A DNA stretch of 54,516 nt from Cercozoa sp. M6MM (lineage: Eukaryota > Protista > Endomyxa: Ascetosporea): assembly GCA_040357565.1 (NCBI GenBank), contig JBDODJ010000076.1. One strand, given 5' to 3'. Both the position numbers and the translations under genes were made by a program. Positions within the stretch are counted from its first letter, which is position 1; every line of letters begins with the position of its first letter. The notes under the pieces are model-generated. The model made no database searches. It had not been told where the DNA came from and saw nothing but the letters and a program-made list of their open reading frames with translations. Of this stretch, positions 37,415 to 49,954 are shown in pieces.

Positions 37415-38674
37415 ATATGTATTAATATATCTATAAATACAAAATATGCAGACTACCTGTCCGGGTACTTGCTGGTCAGGTAGGCCGCGAGGAGACCAAA
37501 GGAGTTGGTGGCCACGTCGTTGCGGTGGTCGTCGGCCAGTGCGCGCACCGAGTCGTTGTCGTTGCAGGCACGTGCGACGCGACTGCACCAGAGCCACAAA
37601 ATTAACTTCACGACGATCGTGGCGCCAAAAGTCGCAATCGCCACGGCATCCACGTCAATGTCCGACGCTGTCTCCTTGCCTTTCGACAGCACCTGTTCAG
37701 TGCCATCAAGTATCAACCATCAACTACTTCCCACAATGTCCCCTACCGTGACTGACTGCACAACGAGCTGCAGCGACGAGAAACACATCGCCACCGCGAA
37801 TAGCACACTGCAGCGCCATCGCACACTTAATCAGGTCCAAGAATCACACAACACTGTTTCTGTACATTCCAATCGGCTCAAAACGTGCACGCGACTCTGG
37901 AAACTGCAGCCAGACAAGCTCAGTCAAACCACAACAATGACAACTGATACAGTTTGACTGATACAGTTTGACTGATACAGTTTAAACTACCAGGTAAGGG
38001 TCGCGATCACTTCGCAGAACGATTCGATGCGTCACGAAGATCTAAAGACGCAAATGCCCAGAGTAGCGTGTGTTGGGTCAACCTAGCAAACAAGTGATCT
38101 GTTTGATACGATCGCGCCCGACATGAGATCCAAAAAGGAGTCCAGGGTCGACGCGATCATCGACAGCGAGAGCGACCAGATTGAGGCAAAGAGTTTCGCA
38201 GCAAACAGCAGCACGTTGCAGTACAGCGAGAAGCGAATCGCCAACGACTGTGCACCCCCAAGTTCCAATTAACCAGTTCTCAGTCATTTTTTGTATTTTC
38301 CCAAGTCACGTCACGGTCAGTTGATTGACCCAAGATTTAAAACACACCGGGGAAAAAATCGTTTACCACTTGTCTAGCACTGTGAAGTGGCGCATCCTCG
38401 AACGAATGCGCCTCGAACAACTGGTCCGAGTCGCTGTTGTTGCTGTCGTTGTCCTCGAGCAAGCCCAGCAGCTCATTGATCGTTTCGTTCTGCCGCAGAT
38501 AAAACTCACGCAATTCCGAGTCCTCTAATGCGGCGATTTCGCCCGGTTCCTTGCGTGCCGCCTGCAGCAGCGACACATTGTCCACGTGGTACTCTGCCTG
38601 CGCAACAACAATTCCCGCACATGATTTAATTGCCAGTTGACATCGCAGATTTTTGGTGGAAAATCTACCGACAT
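36158..38674 (-). CDS. Cation diffusion facilitator, Mn-CDF/MTP8-11 type
   Basis: [102 protein letters not shown]. Confidence 0.93.
36822..37030. repeat. Intronic (GATA/GGTA/GA)n microsatellite
   Basis: Directly visible. Confidence 0.9.
37246..37445. repeat. Intronic (AT)n-rich microsatellite
   Basis: Directly visible. Confidence 0.9.
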
Positions 38675-39076
38675 GTCACCAAACCACTACACGCAGTAAG
38701 CGCATACACGCACACTAACACACTGTCCCCAAAACTGCGACCAGTTTTTTCGCGAGCTCAACGAGCCAAGACGATCGTTCGAGACGATCGAACTGGCAGA
38801 GCTTTTCAAAGGCAGCCCAGCGCAGTACCACGAATCTCAAACGCACTTTCGGACATGAAACTCCTTTTACTGTCTTGTAAAAGCAATCAGTCTGCAAAAA
38901 AAAAATAAAACTGGATAGCCCCACCTAAAAGTTACTCTGCGTCACCGTAGGTGCTTGTGTGCTACTGATAATTGGGCTGCGTTGAGCACGGCTAAAAATC
39001 TGAAGGTCTGCGGTTACATTTTTCCCAAGAGCGTTTGTAATGGACTTGCTTTTTTGCAGACACGGGAAGTGCGAAA

Positions 39077-40631
39077 ATGGCGAGCGAGAAGGTCAACCCG
39101 CGTGTTTTCGACATTGAGAAGAAGGGTGGATGTAGGTTTTTGATAAACAAGTCACGTAAGGCATTCAAATGGCGACTGGTGTTTATTAGACACGTTTCTC
39201 CACACGCGTCTTGATGGACGGGCCGCCGAGTTCAGCGACGTCCGTGTCGTTCTGTAGTTTCTGTTTGGGCAGGATGAGACTCGCGACACCTGGATGTGTC
39301 TGTGTGTGCAGTGTGATGGGCCCGAACCAGCGCGCCGAAAAGACTGCGCACGACGTGTACAAGGCACAGTTTTGACTCAAACAACTTTGCTGGTTTGTCG
39401 AGTCAGTCTTTTTTCGTCTGCAGAAGCTGTGCAAGCTGCCGAAGTACGCCTCGTTGATTGACCGTTTGGAGGAGTGTCTGTCGCCTATCGGGAGCACTGA
39501 GCGCTACGCCATGTACAAGGTAGTCTTGGGTTTTTTGTTTTTTTCTCACCTGACTAACTTGATCGGCTTTGATCGGATCGGTATTATACCGTCAGGTCGG
39601 TCCGGTACTCGTGTCGAGTCACGGCATGGGCATTCCAACCCTCTCTATTTTGCTGAACGAGATCGCTGTGCTCATGGCACTGGCTGGCAACGACAACTAC
39701 TGCATCATTCGCACGGGCACTGTATTGTGTTCCATTTTTCTCTCTTGCAATCCAGCTGTAGCCAACTGAAATCTTTGGTTTGAACTGTGCGTTTCCTTGT
39801 GGTCAGTGTGGTGGCATTGGTCTCAAGCCAGGCAGCGTTGTGATCTCGCGCCGTGCCTGGTACTTTCGCTCTATTTGGGTGCCATTGAAAGCTCTCGGAT
39901 GTTGATTTCTTTTTTGTTTAGCGACGGTCTTTGCCGACCGTACCTAGAGCTGCCAGTGTGTGGTGAGGTGCAGCGCCGTCCCGGTCTGTTCGATGGGCAG
40001 ATTTGGTACAGTGCATTAGAATATGTTTGTTAAGGGAGCTGTTTTGAGCGTTGCTTTTGTGGTATTCTGGCAGTGACGACTTGCTGCAGCTGAGCAAGGA
40101 CCTCGGTATCGAGGCTGTCGAAGGTTTCACGTACGATGTGTTTCTTCTCTGACTTACTGCCATAAAAAAAAGAAGACCAAAAAAAGAACTCTGTCCCGGT
40201 CGGTTGGTGTGAGTGCTGGATTAGCTTTCTGCAGAATGACGGCGAGCGACTTTTTCGAAGGCCAGGGCCGTCTGGACGGTGCCATTGCCGATCACGGCGC
40301 GGAGAAGCGACTGGAGTGGCTGCGCTCGCTCAAGGAGCACGGCGTCAACACCATCGAGATGGAGGGCCTGCAGCTCGCTGCCTTGTACTGCCCAGTCTTC
40401 TGTTCTGACCTTTCCATTCTGACCTTTCCAGCGAGAGATAAGTAAGGCGCGAACCTTGATGAACTTGGTTGCAGTGGACACCACCTCAACATTCCGACCG
40501 GCATGGTGTGCGTCGCGCTGCTGAACCGACTGGACGGCGACCAGGTGCTCGCGCCGCATCACGACATCGTGCAGTGGACCGGCCACGCGCGCCGCGTCAT
40601 CCTCGAGTTCATCGCTCAGCGCGTTCAGTAG
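39077..40631 (+). CDS. UPP1: Uridine phosphorylase (eukaryotic UPP1/2 type)
   Basis: [75 protein letters not shown]. Confidence 0.93.
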
Positions 40632-41109
40632 ACTGCTGCTGTCCCCGCCTCTGAAAGAGCACCGACACGACGACATGAGCGATTTCCCGCCGTGTGAATT
40701 CACGCGGTCAAACTCTCGCGCGCGTCGGACTTGGAACGAAAGTCGACGTGACACGCGAGTCTCTGTGTATTTGGATTGAATTACTGTACTTTCCCAGTCG
40801 AGTAACTAGCAATAGCAGTGCTATTAAGTTCGCAGGCCCGAGGGTTTCAGAGCAAGTAGAAAATCTGGACACCCTTACCGGCCTACGCTGGCTAGGCTTG
40901 TGAAATATTAGTTGAAACTACGGGACCACAAAGATGTACAGTATTTGAGAGCAGCCTGAATTACATCCCAAAAAACAAAATTTCAAACTTACAGATACTA
41001 CCCAAATTTACGGGAACTGAGTGAAAGAATGATGTGTTTGAAACAATTAAAACTGAACAACCTAATTGAAGGCAACCAGGCGTGGTGATGTACAACTGTC
41101 CTGTGCAGT

Positions 41110-43825
41110 TTACTCGCTCGCAGCTGCAACAGTGCGCAGAGCCGTGCTCGTCAGTTGCGATACAATGCCGCCAAAGTACGCGCGCTGCACCTTGTCTTGC
41201 CCGAACAGGAGCTCTCCGCTGGTCTATGGACAGTACAAGTACAGCCAAAAGTATTTGAATACAGGAAGGCGTACCGCGAGGGGAGCAGGCCAGAAAGATT
41301 CGTCCAGATCAGGAGCAGGCACTTGAGAGTCCATCGCGCAAGCAGCGCGGAATTGCGCTCGCATGGCACCTGTCAAGCAAGTCAAGCAACACACGAGCAT
41401 CAAACATAAAGCACGGGTACCGTGCCGAGTGGCGCATTCGACGGCTTCCAGCAGCGACGCGGCCGAGACAGAGCGCAGAACAACGATGGCTTCCACTGGG
41501 TCATGAGCACACCACGATGTCACGTGGTACGGTGACACGTACGGCAGTCCCTAGTGTACACAGACAACTCTCTAGTAATCGATGTACGTGGTCTTCATTC
41601 GACGGCGGTACCATAAAGAGTTCAGGCTCGGCAGCGATAGACTCCGGCGGGGTGGATAAGCCCGTGAGCAGCTCGTTGATGCTTTGGAGCAGTTCAACGG
41701 CCTCCTGGCGCACCTTGGTCACTGGCTCCGACAGAAGGAAGTCGCACGTCTCATCAGTCAGCTGTGGAAAGTGACTCGAATACTAGTGCGTGCTCGAGAA
41801 AGAACTGAAAACACCGAACAACACACCAGTTCTTGCATTCCGCCAAAGCTGGTGGCACCCACGGCTGCGTAGGTCGAAGGAGGAGACGCGAAGGAACCGG
41901 CTTTTATGGTCGCAATCTCTTCTGCCTTTAGCTACGAAAAGCTCATGCCAACACCAGACAAAAGAAACCCCTCGGAAACCGGTACCACGTGAGCACGCAT
42001 TCTCCAAATCAACAGATCGATGCGACGCCCGAGCTGAACACGCGCCACGTCGTCGTCGGTGACACGCATTTCCGGTGTCTCTTCGCTGCCAAACAGTTCT
42101 TTGATTTGTCCGCCCGATAATCCGTAGTTGGCTTCGTCCAACGCCGACGAAGCAGCGTGCAGGAGCGAGTCTTTCGTGGCTTCTGTGCTTTGGTCCACTA
42201 CGTGCCTGCTCAATCGGCAAGTGTGAGCAGTCGACGCTTCAGCGAGCAACTGCAATGAACTGAAAGTCAAATGTACAGAAGATGCGAGACGCTCCGCGAT
42301 TCAGCACTCAAGACAGCCGCACCAACGGCACCGCTGTTCTTCTGAACAAACTCACGCCACTCGCGACGAAGCTGAATGACTGATTCTTCGAACCCGCTCG
42401 AGGGACAGCATGACCTAGACAAAAAAGGGATGTTTCTTCTCTTACATTTTTAACACAGCTCAAAGTACAGCTTCTTGCTCACGGTGTCGACCATTGAAGG
42501 CACCACCGACTACAGTTATTTATTGAGAAGAATGAGTCACAAACCCCCGAGAATCCAACAGTTCAGTTCAACTGTACCAGAGAGTGCCACAGCGGAGCAC
42601 GAAGCTGCTCGCGAATCACACTGACGTCCGTCAAGTAGCGCGAGGCAGCGATCTTTGCACGTGCACTTTCCACTGTAAACAGAACGGATATGGTGGATCT
42701 TGGGGGAAGATAAGAACGGAAAAGGTCAGACCTGAGAGATAGATACCAAATGCGCGCTCGTGTTGGAAGCACACCACATCAGATTCCATGGTGGGCTTCG
42801 AGATGTTTGTATCCGACATTGGCTCGGCCGTTTCAAGGTTTTTCGGCAGTTCGCACGACAAGTCACCGCTGTTGATACCTTGTTCGGTCGCAATGTGCGC
42901 ACACACTATCCCGGCAGAGTGGAAGAATACACACATATGCAAAGATAACTGGAAAGCAGCGAAAAATACGATCGGCGATCTTGCCATGCTGCCACACCGA
43001 CTCATCGTCCAGGTTGCGAGCAGTAAACTGACTCGGGCGACTGTATTTTGCGCGGAGCTTTCGCACTAAAACGCAAGCAGAATTAACTCGAATGTTCAGA
43101 GGAAGAAAGGCACTGATTTACAATCTCGAAGGTGCGTGAGAGCAGCCTGATCCGAGCCTTCTACAAGAAGCCTCGAAACTTCCTTTGCCGAAGAGCGAAT
43201 CTATACTCACGTGCCATACCACAATCGTGAGCAAACGCCCCTCTGAAGAAGAGCCAAACCTCAGTCTGCACGTCGCGCAGCATCGTGTTTGCTTCGGCGA
43301 CGCTCTTGGCATTTATTAGTGCGCTGAAGCCTACCTCCAAAACATCGATGAGACAGAGTAGTACAATTACTGGGAAGCATTTCACCTTCATCGATTTTCG
43401 CTGGAGTCGAGAAAAGCCGCAGAGATGTGCGGGTGCGAAGAAAGCGATGCATTTCGAACTTGACTTTTTGTTTTGCAAAACCTGCGCCTCAACGTCGTTT
43501 CTAGTGCGCTAAGTGCAAGCCAAATGTGTAGCAATAGACGATTAGATGCCTTGTATACTGCCTTAAACGACTTGGGGTGCCTGTTTCCGTTTGTAGCTGG
43601 TTTTGATCGGTCATTGATCGCAGAAAATACGGATGACCAGTTGACACCGACGAATTCTGGCGAGGTCGCACCCGTTAAAACACTAGCGTTGGATGTAGAT
43701 ATCAAACGGATGTGGCCATCCAAGGCATGAAAGAGGCGTCGGTAACTGAAATGTGAGTTCAAGTTGTAAGATCGGAATCAGATCACACAAACCTTGGTGT
43801 ACTGTATCTGCCGTGTTTTGGGCAT
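41110..43825 (-). CDS. Large hypothetical multi-exon protein (helical; unresolved)
   Basis: Chain of minus-strand ORFs joined by GT-AG introns from MPKTRQIHYRRLFHALDGH to ...LRTVAAASE*; no family motif recognised. Confidence 0.45.
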
Positions 43826-43866
43826 GTTCCAGGCTTAACTAGCAGTATTTGGCGCAATTAGGCGAT

Positions 43867-46444
43867 ATGACTCTGCTGGGCGCGCTAAAACGTGTGTTGG
43901 CCAGTTTTGTTTGACCGCGTATGGCGCCGTTTTGTTTCTCGCCGATTTGGGGACGTGTGCGTTTCTTTTTCTGTCACCTCTTGTGTGCCTGCAGGCAAAA
44001 CTTCGGCGCTCGTTGGGAGACACAACACTCGGAATGAGCTCAGTGCGCTAGGCTTGCGCTTGTGGTATGATGCCTCGGGCAGCGACAAGAGTGAATCATC
44101 GGGCGAAGTCGGCGGCACGATTTGGGCGCTTTCGCCGTCTCGCACTCGTGTTTCTTTCTCGCATACGCTTCAAACGCTGTGTAAATTTGGTACGCACATT
44201 TTTCAGTTCTCTTCTGTGACTGGTCTGTTCACGAGCTGTATGTCTGTTGCAGTGCGTCGGGAAGAACACATCCTGCTCATCGATGTGAATAAAACAATGC
44301 CAGTGCTCGAGTTTAAGGTACACTGCTCTGTAGTGTTTGTATTGTGGTGTCTTTACAAGTGAGACTGAGTGTGTGTGTGTGTGTTCTGACGCTTGCAGGC
44401 AAGGTGTCAATATCTGCCGTTTGGCAAGGCACACGAATCGCTCGAGGTGCTGCAGCGATTGGCGACAACGACGCTGCAGTGGCTGAGAGCTTCGTCGCGA
44501 AACCTCGTCGTTGTCGCCGTGGAAGATGCGCCTCTGCACCTCTACCCAGGCACTTGCTGTTTCATTCAGATTGTTTCATTCAGATTGTTTCATTCATACT
44601 GAGGTTTCTCTGACCGGTACTTTTACAGGCACGCCGTTGGACACGGCCAAGTGGCACACGAGTGCAGCCTCGATTGTGGGTGCTGGCCTGCTGTCTGCGT
44701 GCTCGGAGTCGACGGCGCAGGATGCCTTCTTGCAGCTCAGCAAGCGCAAGGCGTCGCTCTGGCGTAGGATCGTGCGAGCCTCGTCGATGACTGCCGATGC
44801 ACCTTCCCAGCGAGAGCGTCGACCGCGATCGATGAGTGCTCGTGCTCTGTGGGTAGACTGGCGTTGCTGTCAATGCTGTTTGCGATGTTTCCGTGCCTCA
44901 GCAGGTGGGCAGTGCCACGCTTCCGTCGGTTCGTCGTTTCTGCAGCGATTTCGATGCCCTGCTGGCACAGGCAGAGGAGTGCCAGTCGGCCGTTGGCAGC
45001 GCGAGTGCCAAGGACGCGGTGCTGCTGCACTCGATCGAGATGCGACACATGCCGAACGTGAAAGCTCGCAAGGGCACACGTCTGCTTCTGACTCTGACTG
45101 ACACGGGGAAGAATCACTTCGTGTTCTCGTCGCTGCAACACGGCGCCCTGCGATACCTCATGCTCAACAAGCCTCGCAAGGTGCCTTCTCTATGCACACA
45201 CACCCATGTGTACAAGTGCACATATGTACAAGTGTACATGTGCACATGTGTACAAGTGTATGTGCATGTGTACAAGTGTACATGTGTACATGTGTACAAG
45301 TGTACAAGTGTGCATATGTACAAGTGTACAAGTGTACAAGTGTATGTGCATGTGTACAAGTGTGCATGTGTACATGTGTATGTGTATATGTGCATGTGTA
45401 CTAGTGTGCACAAGTGTGTTTGCATGTGGCGTGTGTGTGTGGTCAGCCGCGTTCGGTGCACTACTACGGCAGCTCGGTGTTTGTGAATGTCAAGAAGAAA
45501 GTGAGCGCCTCGAGCGAGTTGCAACTGCGCGCGTACCACGTGCCGAAACGCGCGTCGTCGCAGCGGCCGCGGCGGCCTCTGTTCGTGTGCAGACTGGCGT
45601 CGGCACTGATGGCGCCCTTGCCAGACAAGGAGCTCGACCTGATGTACCCGCAGGAGAGTCCGGTGTCAGGACCATCAGAGACTGCAGAGGTGCCCTTGCC
45701 GAACACAGAGGGCCAGCCGTCCAACGAGGACGATGACGCCAGTGTGGCCGACAGCAGTTCCCTCACCGTCGAGTCCGACAAGGCGGAGGAAAGTCTCATT
45801 GTGGATGAGGAGGTACCCCATTGCAGCTTCCTCACACATCAGTGTACTCGCGTATACCAACAGAGCGATAGCGAGGACGATGCCTGCATGCGGCAGGACT
45901 TCCCGGTGCCTCTGCACCGCGTGCTAGGCGTGATCACCTTCACGAAAGACGAGCTGGACCACGCCTTGCTGCAGCGACTGTCGGGCAGTGTGCAACCTCT
46001 GTACCACGACGACATGCTTGTGCGCTTCTGGTTCACGACGCCTCCGCTCGCTGCCGAAGCTGTCGATGTGGTAGGTCTCTCGGGGGGGGGGCAGGCAGGA
46101 GGGTAGGGCACACCCCTTGTGAAACAGGAAGGGCAGAGTCCGGTGAGTGCCTCATGGCCAACGTCGCCGTCCGAGGAACGCAAGCAGTCGGTCAGTATGA
46201 ATGCCGCCAGTTTGGATGCCGCCAGTCTGGATGCCGCCAGTGCTGACAATCTGCCGAGTGACATGGCTGAGGACGACGACGATGACGAATGGCACCTGCA
46301 GAAACAGCAAGCTGCTGCTGCGGCCTCGCCTGGCACGGAGCAGCACGAGATGGCGCTGCTGCCGGCCGAAGTGCTCGACGATCCCGATGCGCTGCATCAC
46401 GCGCTTCGGCACCACTTCTCGCAGCAGGTGCCTCTGCCTTTCAT

Positions 46445-46500
<56 letters not shown>

Positions 46501-47152
46501 TTTAACAGTATTTCTCTTTGTTTCCTTGTTTCTTTGGTTCTTTGTTTCCTTTGTTTCTTGTTTGTTTCTTTGTTTCTTGCTTTGTTTCCTTGATTCTTGC
46601 CTTGTTTCTTGCCTTGTTTCTTGCTTTGTTTCCTTGTTCACTCACTCACTCATGATTCATTGAACTGTTGGAGTACTTTGTTTCTTGGTTTCTGTGTCTA
46701 GTCATTCGTCTGTTAACTACTTTATTCGCGCGTTGGTGTGTTCAGATGCAGCGCCACGTGGCCTCCGATGCCAGCAGTCCCAGTGTCGCCGCCAACGAAA
46801 GCGAAGGAAACGCGAGCGAAGCGAATGAGCGAAACGACAGCGAAAACGATGGCGAAAACGACAACGAAAACGAGGAAGAGGTTGCCAACGCCGGCGGCGA
46901 TGAGGCAGTGGCCGAGTTCCTCGTGGAGCACAACGGCATGTCGCAGGAGGAACGCGACATGATGCTGGCACAGATGCTGCAGGCGCAGTACGACGCCGAA
47001 CAGCAGCGCAACGTGCGTCGTCTGCGACGCGAGCACCGCGCCCAGCAGCGAGCCATTGCGCGCATGCAGCGTGAGGTACACGCACACATATCGTGTGTAT
47101 ATATGTATATATATGTATATCTATATATATATATATATGTATAGATATATTG

Positions 47153-47183
<31 letters not shown>

Positions 47184-47319
47184 TTATATATATATATACA
47201 TCAGTATGTAACATAAAATGTATCAACATATAGACATATTATAGAATACATCTTATATTGTATTATAAATTTGTCTACATAACTATTTTGTATATAGATA
47301 TATATATATATGTATATAT

Positions 47320-47362
<43 letters not shown>

Positions 47363-47946
47363 TTCATATTTATTTATTTACTTGTTTATTTATTTATTTA
47401 TTTATCTAGATATATATATATATATATATATATATACATGGATATAGAAATATAGATACAGAGGCACGTGACACAGTCTATGTATTTCTAGCGACGCGAT
47501 GCGCAACGACTGAGCTACGACGCGCTGATGGACCTGTACATGCGCGACAACGGACGCCGCCTGGCTGCCTCCAAGGCGCAGATTGCGGCACTGCCGATTC
47601 AGCGCCTGCGCGAGGGTGCCGTCTCTGCCTCTCATACACTCTCACTCTCTCTCTCTCTCGCAACACTGACTTCTATCCCTTGTGGGGTTGCAGGGTCCAA
47701 GTTCCTGCGCGAGCAGGCAGACTGCCAGATCTGCAAGTGTGCCTACGAAACGGGCGACGTGCTTCGCACCCTTCCGTGCATGCATGCCTACCACCGATCG
47801 TACAGCTGTTGTCTTGAGAGAGTTTGGCGACTCGGCTGTTGGTTGTATTGATGTGTGCTTGCAGCTGTGCCGATCGCTGGCTGCGGCAGAAGAAGACCTG
47901 TCCTGTGTGCCACTTTGCCATCGATGCCACCTGTGTCAACCACTGA
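43867..47946 (+). CDS. PTEN/tensin-like pseudophosphatase + PTEN-C2 + UIM-like helix + C-terminal RING-H2 (putative E3 ligase)
   Basis: HILLIDVN, QWLRASSRNLVVVAV, LPSVRRFCSDF, VLLHSIEMRHMPN, PLFVCRLAS, ITFTKDELD..DMLVRFWF; SQEERDMMLAQMLQAQY; LSYDALMDL..ASKAQIAALP..CQICKCAYETGDVLRTLPCMHAYHR.CADRWLRQKKTCPVC. Confidence 0.75.
45192..45440 (+). repeat. Intronic minisatellite of palindromic RY hexamers (TGTACA/GTGCAC/ACATGT)
   Basis: Directly visible. Confidence 0.9.
46444..46640 (+). repeat. Intronic (CA)(TA)(TTGTTTC) compound repeat
   Basis: Directly visible. Confidence 0.9.
47093..47460 (+). repeat. Intronic (TA)n/(TTTA)n compound microsatellite
   Basis: Directly visible. Confidence 0.9.
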
Positions 47947-48157
47947 GGTGCCAAGCGTGGTGCTCATACCTTGTGTGTGGAGCACACGGTATGTTCCAAC
48001 GACGGCCACGCTGCCTGATCTGATCACGATCTATCCCGAGACATCCACGGGAATCGTTTGATTCAATACTTCACTTGCTTTCACTGCTTCGCTTGGCGGA
48101 CGACGCAGTGTTTGCTCCAGTTTTGCCTTAACAAATGTTCTATCACGTCACTTCCGG

Positions 48158-49300
48158 TCAGTTAGTGAGTTGAGTTAGGAAACCAACCATATAGTTCCTG
48201 CACCAGCCTGGGGTGCGTGGGTCACAAGAGCATGGCCGTGTCTCCGCCCGCATAGGGGAGGACCATACAACTCCCCTTTTGACAAAGTGCATTATACCTG
48301 GAATACGATCCCGGGAGTTTTTCAGGACTCTTCGGGGTTTGGTTGGTATGGTGTTTGACAGCTTTCCGTTCTGATGCAAACTTATCGTTCGGTTGCATTC
48401 CGCCGCTGCGACACCCCCCCCCCCCTCGCGTATCATTTTATTTAGTTAATTTAGTTCAGTCTGCAAGGTACACTCTCCAACTTCTCTCAACCCTCAGACT
48501 TTGTTGGGTTACTTGACTCTACCAACTCTCAGACTTGATTGAGACATGGGTGACCTGCAGTAACGTAACAAGAGGACATGCCTTCTAACTAGCGAACATT
48601 AGTTTCCGCTTCGACCGACGTCTTCTAGTTACTGGCACGGTTCCCTCAATTCAGCCATGATGGTTTGTCTTGGAGCTACCCGTGGACCGTACCGCTCGAC
48701 TCGTCGCCGATTCTGTCAATAGATTCTTCCATCTCTTCTTCAGTAAGTTTAGCATCGGCATTTGGAAGGAAGATCTCGAAGTTGCTGTAGGTCCTCTCAT
48801 CACTCTCCGTCCTCTGACAAAGCCTTGAAAACAAATTTATTTGTCTTAGTAATTGCATTATACCTGGAATACGGGGTCGCTTGCCAAGCTGCACCTTGAC
48901 CTCAACGAGGGGGGCTGCAGAACGGTTTGCCTCTTGAACAAGCGGTATCAGGCTCGTTTCCTTGAGACGTTGAATCTCCTGGCCAAGCGCTTGGTTTTGC
49001 CGAGTGAGTTCTGCTATTCGGCCTTCTTGCTCCGCGACTCGTGCTTGAAGTGGCAGAAGCTTCGCCTTTTTGTGGAAAAGGATGTGGCCCCGTGGAAAAC
49101 TGAAAAAGTGTGAGGGTTACAATGAGCGCCTGTCGTCGTTCGCGGGCAGCATCGCGGGCAGCATCGCGGGCAGCATCAAATTCTTGGATTATATCGGCAG
49201 CGAAAGCATCAAACACTCGAGTCATTTCGTCGGTAGCGCCCAAGGCGCGTAGCGCTTCCTTTCTGTCGTCGGGCAGGTCTGGAAACAGAAAACACAAATT
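48158..49300 (-). CDS. Hypothetical coiled-coil protein (5' end unresolved)
   Basis: DLPDDRKEALRALG...DAARDAARDAARERRQALI|AKLLPLQARVAEQEGRIAELTRQNQALGQEIQRLKE...KRPRIPG. Confidence 0.45.
48288..48873. repeat. Pair of perfect 20-bp direct repeats TGCATTATACCTGGAATACG (48288-48307, 48854-48873)
   Basis: Exact match by eye. Confidence 0.9.
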
Positions 49301-49954
49301 ACGGTTTGGTTGGTGTGCGAGCGAAAACCAGACCAGCCATAGCTCTATCTTAATCGATCGAAACGAGGGTTCGGAAGCCTTGTATTAGTCAGCCAAACAA
49401 CTTCGATGTTGCGCCCGGCGACCTACCGGCTCAAAGCACCGCAGAGCCCGAACCACCATGACGACCACAGTGAACCAGTGAACTAACAAGAAGTGATCAC
49501 CTGGAGCCGCGACGCAACATTCCGCGGACATGTACACCGAAGTCGACTGGTTGGTGCGTCTCCGATCACCAAGGCGTCAACTTACTTCGCCGCCTCAGAT
49601 ACCGTATACGCAGTTAATGGCGTGCAGTTACCGTACGAAGGACGTCAATGTGGTAATTAGCATATCGTATCTATCCCGTCCGGTTCTTCGTGCGTATCTA
49701 CCTATGGAAGAATTTACCGTAGATTTCCTCGGTACGAGTCGTGACGGGCTTGACCGTGAAAAACGCTGGAGTCGGTTGACTCTGCAAGCTCAAAGCTTAG
49801 ATTTTGATTGCACGCGTGCGCTGTTCGACTAGCAGCAGTGCGATTTTGCACTATAGTGGACGGTAAGGCCGCGACTCTTTCGAAATTCTCAAACTGGCAA
49901 ACTGAAAGACCTGTCGAATTTCGAAATTCCCCGTTTGAAATAAAAAGATCCCGG

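Noticed and set aside
48254-48280. Rho-independent terminator-like hairpin followed by TTT
   Set aside because: Eukaryotic context; a 7-bp stem inside a probable intron is expected by chance
48150-49500. LTR/DIRS retroelement
   Set aside because: No RT, integrase, recombinase or gag motifs and no long terminal repeats; only a 20-bp direct repeat
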